DNA from: Azolla caroliniana
Lineage: Eukaryota; Plantae; Polypodiophyta
NCBI GenBank assembly: GCA_043228905.1
Contig: JBHGNT010000007.1
Coordinates: 9,486,001-9,550,000 of the forward strand
DNA length: 64,000 nucleotides
Reading direction: 5' to 3'
Position 1 is the first letter of the stretch. Every line of letters begins with the position of its first letter. The notes beneath the pieces are model-generated. The model made no database searches. It was not told the DNA's origin and worked only from the letters and a program-made list of their open reading frames with translations. This document shows positions 49,983-62,877 of this stretch, one piece after another. The position numbers were made by a program, and so were the translations under genes.

Positions 49983-51500
49983 CTCTCGAGGGAGTTATAT
50001 GAAACGATGCACGGTGCTCGCAAATGAACAGAAATTCTTCTTCACTTGTAGTCACGACGGAAGTGCCCTTCTCATCAGGTATCTTCCTGGGTTCGACATC
50101 ACTCGAAGCACCTTTGTCTTTCTTAAGGTGTCAACAGTCATTCTGGAAGTGTTCAGGCTTTCCGCAATAAAAGCATGTGAGATTTCCTCTAGACTTGGAC
50201 CTAGGATGAGACTTGCCTCTCCTCTGTGGACTTCTCTGCTTGCTTCTACCTCTACTGGGATTTTGAGCCATATTTGCCTCCGACTGGGACAGGACACCCT
50301 TGTCCTTCCTTCTTGTCTCCTCATTTAGGATACTTGTCTTTACCACTTGCAAAGACAAGTTTTCTTCTTGGCATGGGGTACTGAGAGACACCACCAGGTT
50401 CTCCCAACTGTCTCGCAGAGTGCATAGCAGTAACAAGGCCTGAATAACATCATCTAGTGGGAATTTTGTAGCTGCAAGTTGATTTACCAACCCCATGAAC
50501 GTGTTAATGTGTACGACAATGCTTTCACCATCTTTGTACTTCAGTCTCACGATCTTTCTCATCAGAGAGGTTTTGTTGAGGGCACTCCCCCTCTCGTACA
50601 ACCCTGACAGTTTGTGCCACATTTCATAGGTGTTTGTGTCATAAGCCACATGTTGCAGAACACTCGCGTCTACACATTGTGTGATGGTGGCCATTGCTTC
50701 TTGTTTAGGAGTTTCCATTCAGACTCCAATACCCCTGTGGGTATTTCACTTCTGTCTATGGGTTCGTACAGATCTTTGACTATCAAAAGATCCTCCATCT
50801 TGATCTTCCAATCATAGTAGTTTTCTGAGTTTAGGACTACCATACCTAGGAAACCGTTCACACCTCCTTCCATTCTTGCACCTCAAAGCTCTGAAACTAA
50901 TTTGATAGGATGGGACCGTAAATATGTGAGAGCGATAGATTGAAATGTACACAATGCGGAAATAGACAACAGAGAAACAACAAAATAAACAAGATATGCA
51001 CAGTACACAAGTTTTACGGGGATAAACAAGATATGCACGGGGGAAAACCATGGGGAACAGATATTCCACTATGTGAACAGGAGTACAGGGAGAAAATAAC
51101 AGATTACAACTCTCTACTAACTCAGATAATACCCACTTAGGGTTCTTGGCAAGTTCCACTAAATTGTGCCGCCACACACACACTCTCTTCCACGCCCCTT
51201 CCTACTCTCTGTCACGCTCTCACTTCTGCACTCTACTACAGAACGCTAACTTGCATCCATATCATAATGGTTGCCCTAGGTGTATTTATACTTGTTGAGA
51301 GATCAAGCTCAACTTAGTTTAATTATTTAGTCACCCATATAACTTCGTAGTTACCTAGATAGAATCTAGTTAGGATTGTTTACTATAAACCCTTAAATAG
51401 GATTTTGTACTTGTACGTAAGTGGGGATACATTCAAGATCCTCCACTACCAAGTATATTGAATATAGGACTTAAATCCTTGTACCTATATTCTACTCACA
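49983..51500 (-). mobile_element. Ty1/copia 5' fragment (Copia-D): LTR, decayed PBS, gag and start of PR
   Basis: LTR inner end at 50903 (outer end near 51500 uncertain); PBS-like TAGTTTCAGAGC; gag from 50873 (WKIKMEDLL, CFYCGKPEHFQNDC); ASFHITPSR cut by gypsy H. Confidence 0.8.
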
Positions 51501-52802
51501 CATGTGCACCGTTGCACATGAGTTGTATATATACCTCATTGTGAGAATTTTTGTATTTGATGATGATAAGGCTAAGTTAATATAGAGTTAATCATCCCCC
51601 ATCTTGTGTTGCTCATTAAAAAAGTTAAATAGGAAGTTAATAATAACATAGAGTTAGCTAAAACGGGTTGGGTAGATGTGGTTAAAAGAAACATTAAAAA
51701 AGAAATAAAAGATGAAAATATTGTTAATACCACCCTTGAAGAAGAGAAAATGCGTCAGGCCCGACGCTTAAATGTACGTGTCATTGGGCTCAAGGAAAGT
51801 GCATCCCCAAATGAGGATGCACAAACACTTGGGAAAATGTTAGGGTACACAGAGGCCCTACCTATCACCAAAGCATGGAGGGCCTGACGTCACACAACTA
51901 GGAAGAGAGCCTTAGTCCTTCAATTTAAAGACTTAGACTCTAGAATCACTTTCTTTAAGAAGAGACCAATCCTTCGAGGAATGGGTGGGGACCCCATCTA
52001 TCTCGATGAAGACCTCACTAAGATGCAAATTGAGCATCGCAAGAGTTGTATGCCACGAGTTATGCAAGCTCGTAAAGAAGGCCATCGCGCCTTTTCCCGA
52101 GACGGGCGAGTGATCATAAATGATCGCACTACTAATTGATGGCATGTGGCCCATGTGACAAAAAATGCACTTAGGATGACCTTATGGAATTGTAACGGCG
52201 CACTCTGGGCACACCCCGGCCGCCTAGAGGAGATACTAAAGGTATCTAATATACTTTTCTTGGTGTCGTGGCTCTTGAGTAGGAAGCAGAGAGAGAGCGA
52301 TGGCGATAGAGATAATGATAACGATAGAGATGGCGAGAGCGGTAGAGATAGCGATAGTGATAGAAAGAGAGTGAAAGAGGGAGAGAGTGCGAGAGAGAGA
52401 AAAGTATAAGTGAGAGATAAGAAATGGGAATGCGATTATATTATGAGAAAGAAGATTACAAGGAGTAGGCTAAGGGCTAAAGACTGGTGTTGAACCGAAT
52501 GAGTTGTGATGAGTGTATGGACTCTTATTTATAGGCCCTTATGGAGTATTCTAGAATGTTCTAGAATATTTTAGATATTTATGAATAATAATAATAATAA
52601 ATATAATCATGAAATATTCAAGAACATTCTAGAATAATCTAGAATGTTCTAAATATCTCGTAATAACTAAACATATAATTATTATGATTACATCTCACAT
52701 ATGTTATTACAATGGTTAAAGTACAATATGTAAACCAAGAGGTTATGGGTTCGATTCCTGGTTCGCTAAGATGAATGTCATGATAAGCCAAGATGTATGT
52801 CT

Positions 52803-55611
52803 TCATGACATTATCCCCCCTTTTCGATGACGAGTTGCACGAGTCGGAAGAAAAGAGTTCAGACTTGGTTTATGAGGATATTGGTTGTGAAATGCAACAA
52901 CCATGTCGGAGGCATTGGCAAGATGTTCGGCAGGCTCCCATGTTCGATCATTAGGTGTATAGCCTAACCAATCAACCAAGTAGTATAGTTTGTTGCGAAT
53001 GATCTTGGAGTCGAGGATAGCGGCAACCTCATATTCAGAGCCATTGGAAACGTCAATTGGAGGTGGGGGAGGTGTAACACGACCCGGAATAGAGCTCGTT
53101 GTGTAAGGCTCCAAAAGTGAAACATGGAAGACCGGGTGAAGACGCATATGAGGAGGAAGATCAAGACGAAATGTCACATCATTGATCTTACCACTTATGA
53201 CATATGGGCCAAAACGTTGATAATCCAATTTGTAGCAAGGTCGGGTCGTTTTAATGCTACCTTGTAAGAGCCATACACGATCGCCTACTTGAAATGTAGT
53301 CGATGAATCACGCCGATGACGGTCAGCAATCTTCTTTTGAGTGTTTTGGGCTTCACATAAATGATGCAAAAGCATATCCTGAACTTCTTGGAGTCGAGTG
53401 AGCCGATCTTCAGCAGCTGGGTTTTTTGGGAGTTCAGGATGTTCAAGCATCGTCCAACGAGGATGGTACCCAATGTTTGCAAAAAATGGGGAATATCCAG
53501 TAGAAGAATGCTCGGAGTTGTTATAAGCAAATTCTGCCAAAGGTAGTAAATCCACCCAATCATCTTGTTGATAGTTGACAAAACAACGTAGATATTGCTC
53601 GACTGTTTGGTTGGTGCGCTCACTCTGCCCATTAGTCTCTGGATGGTAGCCGGAAGAGAGTTTACAAGAAGTATGTAAGAGTTTGAACATGTGCCGCCAA
53701 AATTTCGAGATGAATTGGGGACCCCGATCACTGATAATATCATCCGGAAGACCATGATGGTGAAACACCTCCCGCATGAGTAAATCAGCTGTCTCTTGAC
53801 TAGTAATGGTCTTTGTGCATGGAAGGAAATGTGCCATCTTCGTAAAACGATCGACAACCGTGAGAATCGAATCAAATCCCTTGGAAGGTGGAAGATCCGT
53901 AATAAAGTCCAAGGAAATAGATTTCCATGGGCTCTCCGGAATAGGCATTGGCTGTAATAAGCCATATGGATGATGTCGAGGCTTTTTTGATCGGCAACAT
54001 GTATCACAGCTACGAACATAATCCGTAACAAAATGGCGAAGCCGTGGCCACCAATATCGGCAAGAAATCAACTCAAAAGTCTTGTGGATGCCGAAGTGTC
54101 CCGCCATTGGTGTGTCATGACATTGTTGCATGACTTTGAGTCGAGAAGGACCGTCAGGCACATACAAGAGAGTTTGTCGAAAAAGTAACCCATCATGCCA
54201 ACTAAACTGGGTGTAGTCTAGACGAGGATTTTGAGTTTGGGAGCTAGATGCACGATTTGGGATAATATGGCTCAAAACCTCTTGGGCGAATGCATCAGTC
54301 GCAATCTGCTCACGAATGGAATCAAGAAGCCTTGAATCTCCCGGTGTGTTGATGGTATGCATTGCCATTATTCGTAGACGATCAGGACCTAAGAGGATTT
54401 GATTTTGGCTTTCAAATGCGGCCTCTCCAGGTTGAAGTTCCATATACGAACGTCTAGATAAAGCATCTGCTTTTCCTTGTTGCATCCCAGGGCGATATAG
54501 AATTACAAAATCGAAACGAGTTAAGAACTGCGCCCAACGAGCTTGTCGTCGATTCAAGACTCGAGCACTTTGAAAGTATGTTAGATTTTTATGATCATTG
54601 TAGACAATAATCTGCTGAGAAGAACCCTCCAGAAAATGACGCCATTGTTGAAAAGAATCCACAATGGCAAGAAGCTCTTTGTCGTGAATCTCATAGTTGA
54701 TTTCTGCGGCTTCAAATTTTCGTGAGTGAAAAGCCACCGGGTGCAGTTCACCATCATCACCAATTTGGGATAGTACACTTCCGAGTGCGAAATCCGATGC
54801 ATCAGCTTCAAGTATAAAGCGCCTCATTGGATCGACATGGATTAAGATTGGTGCGGATGTAAATGCTTGCTTTAAACCCTCAAATGCAGAGTTCGCATCT
54901 ATACTCCATACAAATGATCGATTCTTGTGCGTCAGTTGAGTGAGGGGCAACACAATTTTTGAATAATCTTTGATGAACTTGCGATAAAAGTTTGCGAACC
55001 CCAAAAAACATTGCACATCTCGCACGGACTGTGGTGTTTGCCAATCCAAAATTGTTTGAACCTTTGATGGATCCATAGAGATGCCATTTGAAGAGACTAT
55101 GTACCCCAAAAACTCCACTTGACGTTGGTCGAAACTACACTTCTCCAATTTTGCATAGAGACCATACTCTCGTAGCCGTTGCAAAACTTGGCGAACATGT
55201 ATATCATGTTCTTCTTGAGTTTTTGAGTAGATCAAGATATCATCCAGGTAAACAATGATGAAGATATCGAGGAAGTCTCGAAAAATATCATTCGCCATAT
55301 GTTGGAAGACTGCTGGTGCATTCGTGAGGCCAAAAGGCATCACTGTGTACTCAAAATGACCATAGCGAGTGCGGAACGCCGTCTTCCATTCATCCCCAGG
55401 ACGAATTCGAACAAGGTTGTAGGCACCTCGAAGATCTAACTTCGTGAAATACTTTGCTTCACTGAGGCGTTCTAGAAGGCTTGAGATCAATGGGAGAGTA
55501 TATCGGTTTCTAACGGTCACTTTATTCAAGCCTCGATAATCCACGACCATACGAAGCGTACCATCTTTCTTCTTAACGAAAAAGATGGGTGCACTAGCAG
55601 GAGATTTCTTC
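52803..55611 (-). CDS. Chromovirus F pol: RT, RNase H, IN, chromodomain (N-terminus and PR deleted)
   Basis: Open frame with YLDDIL, ADASD, NYEIHDKELLA, ISLDFITDLP, SDRG, GPY and EYEVAAILDSK...YLVDWLGY...TWEP. Confidence 0.9.
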
Positions 55612-56550
55612 TTAACAGTAGAGGCATAGGCGATGCGCCCGACGTCGTTGTTTCTCAGCATCTGATAAGGGCCCTCGACGTTGTGTCGACTCTATTTCCA
55701 TCGGAGTGGGACCATCCCTCGTAACGGGTCTAGAACCTTGTGGCGGTGTGGCGACTATAGAAGCGTATGTCTGTTCCGGTTGGCGGCGTAACATTTGTTG
55801 ACGTTCAGAACGTCGCTCAAATAGGCGATTATCACATCGCACAGCTCGGCTAATAGCTTCAGTAAGAGACTTTGGATCTTCATGGAAAGTAAGAAGAAGA
55901 TCTTTGACATCGTTACGCAAACCCTGACGGAATTGATCCATTAAGGCTGCCTCATCCCAAGGGATGTCGCATGCCAAGAGACGGAAATCTGCGGCATAAG
56001 CTGAAGCGGGACGATCTCCTTGTCGGAGTCTTCGAATCTTGTTTATTGCAGTCCTAGTGCTATCCGTATCTCCAAAACTAGCTTGAAACTCCTTAACGAA
56101 TGCCTCGAAATCCTCCAGTAATGGTGATTTCTTCTCAAGAAGTGGTGCAAACCATGCTAACGTTGTACCGCTTAGCAAGGTTCCTATTAATCCCACACGG
56201 GCAGCATCAGTTGGATACCGATTGGGATGTAACTGAATCACCAAACGAACTTGATTGAGGAAACCTCGAAAGAGAGATCTGGTACCATCAAACTTGGCAG
56301 GGAGGCTAATCTTTGGTTCCCTTGGGGAGTTTTGAACCCCCGCCGCTTGTTCTCGTAATGTTAATATAGTAGCCTCAAGTTGATGAACCCGTTGTGATAA
56401 CTCCTCATATTGATGAGCTTTCTCAGTACTGACTTGTTGAAGATCCCCGAGTAGCCTTTGATTTTCTTGCTCTAATGCCACAAACTTAGTGGTGAGCATA
56501 TCGAGCTCCGAAAGGACACGCATATACTCTTGCTTGCTGACCGACTCCAT
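55612..56550 (-). CDS. Chromovirus F Gag, truncated inside the zinc knuckle
   Basis: PAKFDG, LRQG...YAADF, FRQGL, PTPMEI, RLCLYC*. Confidence 0.9.
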   Translation of the reverse strand: MESVSKQEYMRVLSELDMLTTKFVALEQENQRLLGDLQQVSTEKAHQYEELSQRVHQLEATILTLREQAAGVQNSPREPKISLPAKFDGTRSLFRGFLNQVRLVIQLHPNRYPTDAARVGLIGTLLSGTTLAWFAPLLEKKSPLLEDFEAFVKEFQASFGDTDSTRTAINKIRRLRQGDRPASAYAADFRLLACDIPWDEAALMDQFRQGLRNDVKDLLLTFHEDPKSLTEAISRAVRCDNRLFERRSERQQMLRRQPEQTYASIVATPPQGSRPVTRDGPTPMEIESTQRRGPLSDAEKQRRRAHRLCLYC

Positions 56551-56622
56551 AACCGCGGGGGAAAAAGAAAGAAGGATAAAGAAGAAAGCTTGCTAGGGTT
56601 ATTGGAGAAAGGGAAAAGAAAT

Positions 56623-56872
56623 ATTCGGTTCAAACTGTCGTGGCTCTTGAGTAGGAAGCAGAGAGAGAGCGATGGCGATAGAGATAATGATAACGATAGA
56701 GATGGCGAGAGCGGTAGAGATAGCGATAGTGATAGAAAGAGAGTGAAAGAGGGAGAGAGTGCGAGAGAGAGAAAAGTATAAGTGAGAGATAAGAAATGGG
56801 AATGCGATTATATTATGAGAAAGAAGATTACAAGGAGTAGGCTAAGGGCTAAAGACTGGTGTTGAACCGAAT
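56623..56872 (-). promoter_or_regulatory. Self-priming PBS pair of element F
   Basis: PBS TTGAACCGAAT (56623-56633, -) is complementary to ATTCGGTTCAA (56862-56872, -), which lies 25 nt downstream of a TATAAATA box in the LTR. Confidence 0.88.
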
Positions 56873-57183
56873 GAGTTGTGATGAGTGTATGGACTCTTAT
56901 TTATAGGCCCTTATGGAGTATTCTAGAATGTTCTAGAATATTTTAGATATTTATGAATAATAATAATAATAAATATAATCATGAAATATTCAAGAACATT
57001 CTAGAATAATCTAGAATGTTCTAAATATCTCGTAATAACTAAACATATAATTATTATGATTACATCTCACATATGTTATTACAATGGTTAAAGTACAATA
57101 TGTAAACCAAGAGGTTATGGGTTCGATTCCTGGTTCGCTAAGATGAATGTCATGATAAGCCAAGATGTATGTCTTCATGACAC

Positions 57184-60100
57184 TTGGTAGAAACACATCA
57201 GAGCCCAAATAGAGGAATCCCACGGGTCGAAGGATTCCGTTGGGAGTCCGCTTTTAGACAAACCTCACGTCGACACACTACTAGGGGATCTAGAGGTGTC
57301 GCAATACTGTTTCATAGAGAGCTCCATAATAGGATAGAAATAATGAAGATAGACCCAGAAGCTCGTTTTATGTGGGTGAAAGTCTCCACAAGCAAAGACC
57401 AGGCAGTATTTTTTGCCATTTGTTACTTTCCCCCAAAAGGATCCCGTTATAATATTGGTGGCTTGGCGAGATTAGTCGATGAAGGAATGCCACATGGGCC
57501 TTCTCCATACAAACCCCTATCGGATGACATAATCCAATATTCTTCCCAAGGAGAAGTATTTCTTGTAGGAGACTTCAATGCGAGAACCCAATCCCGACAA
57601 TGCACAGTATTTCAGATGAATAGAAACCTAGAAATGGTAAATGTCGATCCTTTAGACATAGGCACCACACGTAGATCAAAGGATCAAGGTGCGGACGCCA
57701 CGAGCTTTGGCCATCATCTGCTCAAACTTGGCAGTCGGCACCGAATGGTCATATATAATGGTTTAGCTAAGTGGTCGGGCTCGGAAGAGCTCACATGTTT
57801 CCCACAGGGAGGAGGGGAAAGCACAGTTGATTATCTAATAGGACGCCCTGAAGCTACCCACATGATTAACTCCTTTCGAGTGGCCCCATGCCCTATTGGC
57901 GCAGACCATAGTTTCTTATACTTCGAGCTAAAATGTGATATCTCTAAGGTCACCAAGTCTAGTCAACCATGCCATCACACCACAATACATTTCACACATG
58001 AGCTCTCTGACATATACTCTCAACATGTTCAGGCCCATCTCCCCTCCCTTGATCCCTCCCTACCGTTAGAAAGCCTTAGTACGAAACTCACACACATCCT
58101 TCACTCCGCAACAGCTAGCAGTTTCCCATATACAAAACACTCAAATCAAGGTAGATCAGGATCAATGCCACAAAATAAATGGTATGATGAGGATTGTAGG
58201 GACTTACATAGACAACTTACAGTATCGCAACTCAATGGTAGTATTACCTCCATACAAGCTCGCAAAGAAATGCGCAAGATGACACGTCGTAAGAGACGAG
58301 CGTGGGAGGCATCCCAATATTGGGAACTCTACCATATGCTCATGAGTAACGATTGCGCCACGACATGGAAGAGACTACGGGAGCCAAGACCACAAACACC
58401 CATCGAAGATCCCGAAACTTGGCACACATATACAGAGAGACTTTACCAAATCCCAAACCAACCACCCATTCCAATGCCTTCCACACCCCGGCCTACCACG
58501 GGGACACTTTTCATGACCTCTAGGGTCGTGAAGGTCATAAAGAAATTACAACATAGGAAGTCCATGGACCACACAGGATTGCGAGCAGAACACATTATAT
58601 ATACGAGAGAGTGCCTAGCTCCCTTGCTAACTCTAATCTTCAATCGTGCCCTTGCGGAGGGTTTTCCACCACAGTGGACTACGAATACAGTGGCCCCCAT
58701 ACATAAAGGGGGGGACCCCATGGACCCAAATACATATAGGACCATTATATAGGCCATACCCTTGCTAAGTTATATGGTGCAGTAATGGAAGCAGAGCTTA
58801 GCGATTATATGGAGACCCTAAACCTTCGTGCACCTGAACAAGCTGGCTTTAGACGAGCCTTCTCCACTATTGATCATATCTTCACACTTAGATGCCTAAT
58901 TGACCAAACTAAGGCTCGCAAGAAGAAATTATATTGTTGTTTTGTGGACTTCCGCAAAGCCTTTGACACAGTCCCTAGAGAGCGGTTGTTTGATAGACTT
59001 AAAATCTTGAGGATACCAGATGATATGGTATGGGCCATCTACGCACTATATGAACAAGTGTCCGGGTGTGTCCGATGCCCAGGTGGCCTATCTAACCGTT
59101 TCACTAGCACTATTGGTGTAAAACAAGGTTGCCCCCTATCACCGATGCTTTTTGAGATCTACATTGATGAGATCACAGATTTTATTGCTCGTGAGGGAGG
59201 CACCGGAGTGGTCCTTGGGGATAAGCAGGTTCGTATCTTGCTCTATGCGGATGACATAGTTTTGCTCTCTAAATCCGAACACGACCTACAAAGGCACCTT
59301 AATGCCTTAGATGACTTTTGTGTACAACGAGGATTGGTAGTGAATCTACGGAAAACGAAAGTCCTTATCTTCCACACATCGGCCCAAGTTAGAGCTAAGT
59401 GTCACCTAACTATTTCCCATAGCCCAGTCGAGGTGGTTGGATCATACGTCTATCTCAGAGTCACTTTTAGTGCCCGCTCAGGTAAATTTTCGATGACACA
59501 GGCATCGAAGGATAGACTCACGAGAGGACATGCATCCCTCTCACTCCTAGAGAGACAATGCCACCAAGCACACTTTCAAGAGCCACGGACTAAAGGGTGG
59601 CTCTTTGACTCATTAGTGACCCCCTCCCTCATGTATGCATCAACGATTTGGGCTCTAGGATTACCATCTTTCATGTGGATGCAATTAGAGAGACCATTAG
59701 CTATGATGCTATCACGCCAACTCCGAAGCAAATCGACTGTACCACATGACATTATTAAGGCTGAGTTCACGTTACCCCCAATATTAGTAGAGGCACTTTT
59801 TCAACTTGTAGTCTTCATTCACAGGATACATAGCCAACCACATGATAGAATATCTCATCAAGCCTTTAAGGCCTCTCGATCATTGTATGAGTCCGGCTAT
59901 ACTAGCTCATGGTATGACATGATGGTGACTTGGCTTCTTGCGAATGGTCTAGACATTAATAACCTACCTCCCCTTGGGTACAACCACACGAGTGATAACA
60001 CTTTAATCTCTCATGAGGACCGCAATAAAGTAATACGCCAAGAAATATGGCAAATTTACACTCGGTGTAAATGGATCACCCCACTAGAGCCACTCCCATC

Positions 60101-60485
60101 TAAAATGTTTTACTATAAGAAACACTTCATGCACTTCTCTGAGTTAGGTTTTATCACGCGGCCAAAATATCTAGATGCCATTGGACAACTTAGAATATCA
60201 TCTCACCAACTTGAGATTGAGAATGGGCGTACTAGTGGAGTCCCTAGGGAGGAAAGGATATGTAGGTTATGTCACATAGAGATAGAGGATGAGTACCACT
60301 TTACATGCAAGTGTCCAACCTATGCCGAGATAAGGGCAAAATACCAAGACATACTTGGTTCGTCTCCCACCCTCCCCAAACTATTAGATACTCTAGATAT
60401 AAAGAAATTAGGCAAATACATTCTAGAGCTAAAACAACAGTCATACGCAATAGTCATACACAATATGGGCTATTTACAAATGTAG
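57184..60485 (+). pseudogene. RTEX-like LINE ORF2 (APE endonuclease, RT, C-terminal Cys/His domain) with an internal stop at 58750-58752
   Basis: GDFNAR, TVDY, ADH, EQAGFR, FVDFRKAFD, GVKQGCPLSP, LLYADD, ICRLC...EDEYHFTCKC. Confidence 0.9.
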
Positions 60486-60924
60486 CCATTATTATTATAT
60501 AATGTATATAATAATTAATCGGCCCAACTTGTCGGCCTTGTCTTCGACCATCCGGTTAGCCCGACTTGTCGACCTTGTCTTCACTTGGAGTATCCATCAA
60601 TGTGGTCGACTCTCTATCTCCTCCAAGAACCATTGGTCAATCCGATCGACCATCCTGTGTTCAACTCATCAATTCAACTGTCGACTTCTTCCTAAACTTC
60701 AATTGTCGACTTCTCTTTAGACTTGGAATGTCCGACTTCTCCCATAAGACGGACAAATTCCTAATAATTCTTCACTCCTTCATTCATTCCCTCATTCTCC
60801 CCAAATCTACAACGATTACTCCGGACTCAGTCTATTACTACCACCACTACTACTATTACGAATGAAGAATGAAGAGGGGCCCATTCATTCGTATCCATTC
60901 TCCATTCGTATCCATTCTCCATTC

Positions 60925-61025
60925 TTCATGTGTGTGTGTGTGTGTGTTTCTTCTTCTTCCAAAAGACCCGAAATCCACGATTGCTTGATTGATGGATTGA
61001 GCTTGAGCTGCTCATCAAAACACAG

Positions 61026-61064
<39 letters not shown>

Positions 61065-61211
61065 CAGAGTGCAACGCAGCAGCAGTTGGGAGGTGCAGAG
61101 ATCGGCTCTTTTCTGATCGCCCATTTTGTTGTCTCCCTTAGTTTGCCTTCTTTCTTCCTTCTTCTTCTTCTCCTCACTCACATACCCGTCCACACACAGA
61201 TGTAAGAAAGA
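60925..61211 (+). other. Putative non-coding first exon/5' UTR of a downstream host gene, with (TG)n, (CAGGCA)n and CT-rich tracts
   Basis: Pyrimidine-rich, microsatellite-rich stretch followed by GTAAG donor-like sites (61202, 61212) and T-rich intron-like DNA. Confidence 0.4.
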
Positions 61212-62832
61212 GTAAGGCATTGTCTTCCTTCCATTTATTTCTTTGCGTTGTTATTCTTCTGGTTTCTCGATTGCACGCAGATGAAAAAATGACGATGAAA
61301 AAAGATGGTTTTGGTACATACTTCTGTTTTGATTCTGTGTGATTGCACAAAGAAGAATAAGTCTTCTGTCGGAGATTGATCTCTCACTTTTTTGAATCCA
61401 TTTGATTTTTATATAGAGGAAGAGGAAGAAGAAGATTTCGATAGACAATTTCGACTTTATGTTTTCTGAATCTGTTAATTGTATACAGAGAAAGGGGAAG
61501 ATTTTGGTAAATGGTTTCTGCTTTTTTGAAACGATGATTGTATCCAGAAGAAGAAGCAGCTTTTGTAAATTCTTTGCTTTTAAATCAGACCTTAGAAAGA
61601 TCGAGATTGAATATCTCTATCTATGTCAATGTGTTCCGTCGCGCCAATAATATTATATAAACTTTAAGTTAGGGTTTGCATAAGTAAGAAACATTGAAAT
61701 AAGAATACTATGTTATATTTTGTACGGAGAAGCAATATTGGGTTGTGTAATGAAACAAGACGGGGAGATTTTGAAGCATGTAGAATTATAACTTGTGTAG
61801 AGAAGCAAAATTTGGAGATCAAGTTAAGTTAGGATTTGTATGGAGAAGCTTCGGTAAAAGCTTTGTCTTTCTCTGCGTCCATGAGAACGAACAGATAAAC
61901 TATGTTGACTTGTCTGGAATACCATCAGGTAATGATGCAGAGAGAGCATCAATTTGTTGGCCATGCTTTCACTAATTCCTGCATGACAGGCTTGAAAACC
62001 TTCCGAGTACAATAAGTTTCCTGTTGTAGCTTAGTTATAACTAGGTGGTGTTACTGTGTCCACTAGGTTCAACCATGGGGTTGATTAGGCTTATATAGAA
62101 AGCTATATAAGCAAAACTGAAATGCACTGCATTAACTATGCTAGAGTGATGGAATAGAGGGCTTCCTCCACAGATAGCATGTTCGGCTTCCTCTGTTTTA
62201 TACTAGATTGTCGCACATAGAGGATCTGTATAGAGAATTTTTTTGTAAACCCTCATGTTGGCTTTGAGCTTTCTCTCGCATGATTTAATCGTATCAGATT
62301 ATTACCCTTACATAGCAATGAGATCAAGTGTATTAACCGCCCCTGGATGAAGGAAAATACAACATTATCCAAAATGAGATCGTTGAAGCTCTCATAAGAG
62401 TGAAATCAAGTGCTCTCGGATGATAGAAAAATGGGCATTATTGAAAGTGAGATGGTTGAAGCTTTCAGAATGTAAAAATGATTCTAATGCTCATTCTATC
62501 TGATTCTGAGCTTTGTGGATGATTCCACCCATTTCATTGAATTGTTAAACTGAATGGAATGATGAGTTCCACAATTGTAAACAAAGGCCAATGTTTTACT
62601 TCACGTAGCTCACTTGGATCCTCAAGAGCAATTACCAAAGAGAAATTGGTTTAAATGGATCTGCCATGTCTAAAGATGCCGTGATATGAAAGCTTAAGAC
62701 ACTGACCTACCATATCGAAAGATGCTTTGAAACTTTGGCCTCATCATGTATGAGAGAGTCTTTGACAAAAGAACTTGTATGTTTGCAGATTCTGTTAAAC
62801 TCAGTTCATGTTTACGGCTTGGAAATTGTGCC

Positions 62833-62877
62833 ATGGACAGTGATGACTCTCCTACTTCATCCTACTCGTCAGATGAG
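62833..62877 (+). CDS. Putative first coding exon of an unknown gene (MDSDDSPTSSYSSDE)
   Basis: TTTGCAG acceptor ending at 62788, GCCATGG start context, GAG|GTTAGT donor in phase 0. Confidence 0.45.

Larger units (their letters stand above)
52264..57182 (-). mobile_element. Ty3/gypsy chromovirus F (Tcn1/Tf1-like, self-priming) with internal protease deletion
   Basis: 547-bp LTRs at 52264-52810 and 56636-57182 with no difference seen; TSD CTTGG; PPT AAAAGGGGGGATAA at 52811-52824. Confidence 0.95.
51620..60500 (+). mobile_element. RTEX-like LINE interrupted by chromovirus F
   Basis: ORF1 remnant (RRLNVRVIGLKE, IYLDEDLT); ORF2 begins LWNCNG at ~52180 and resumes at 57184; short (ATT)n tail near 60488-60498. 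Confidence 0.8.

Noticed and set aside
52146-52409. Duplicated small ORF ending ...RESDGDRDNDNDRDGESG (also 56530-56781)
   Set aside because: Read-through into the purine-rich strand of the element F LTRs.
60510-60750. GTCGAC-rich stretch after the LINE tail
   Set aside because: Probably a TE remnant, but no termini or TSD could be identified.
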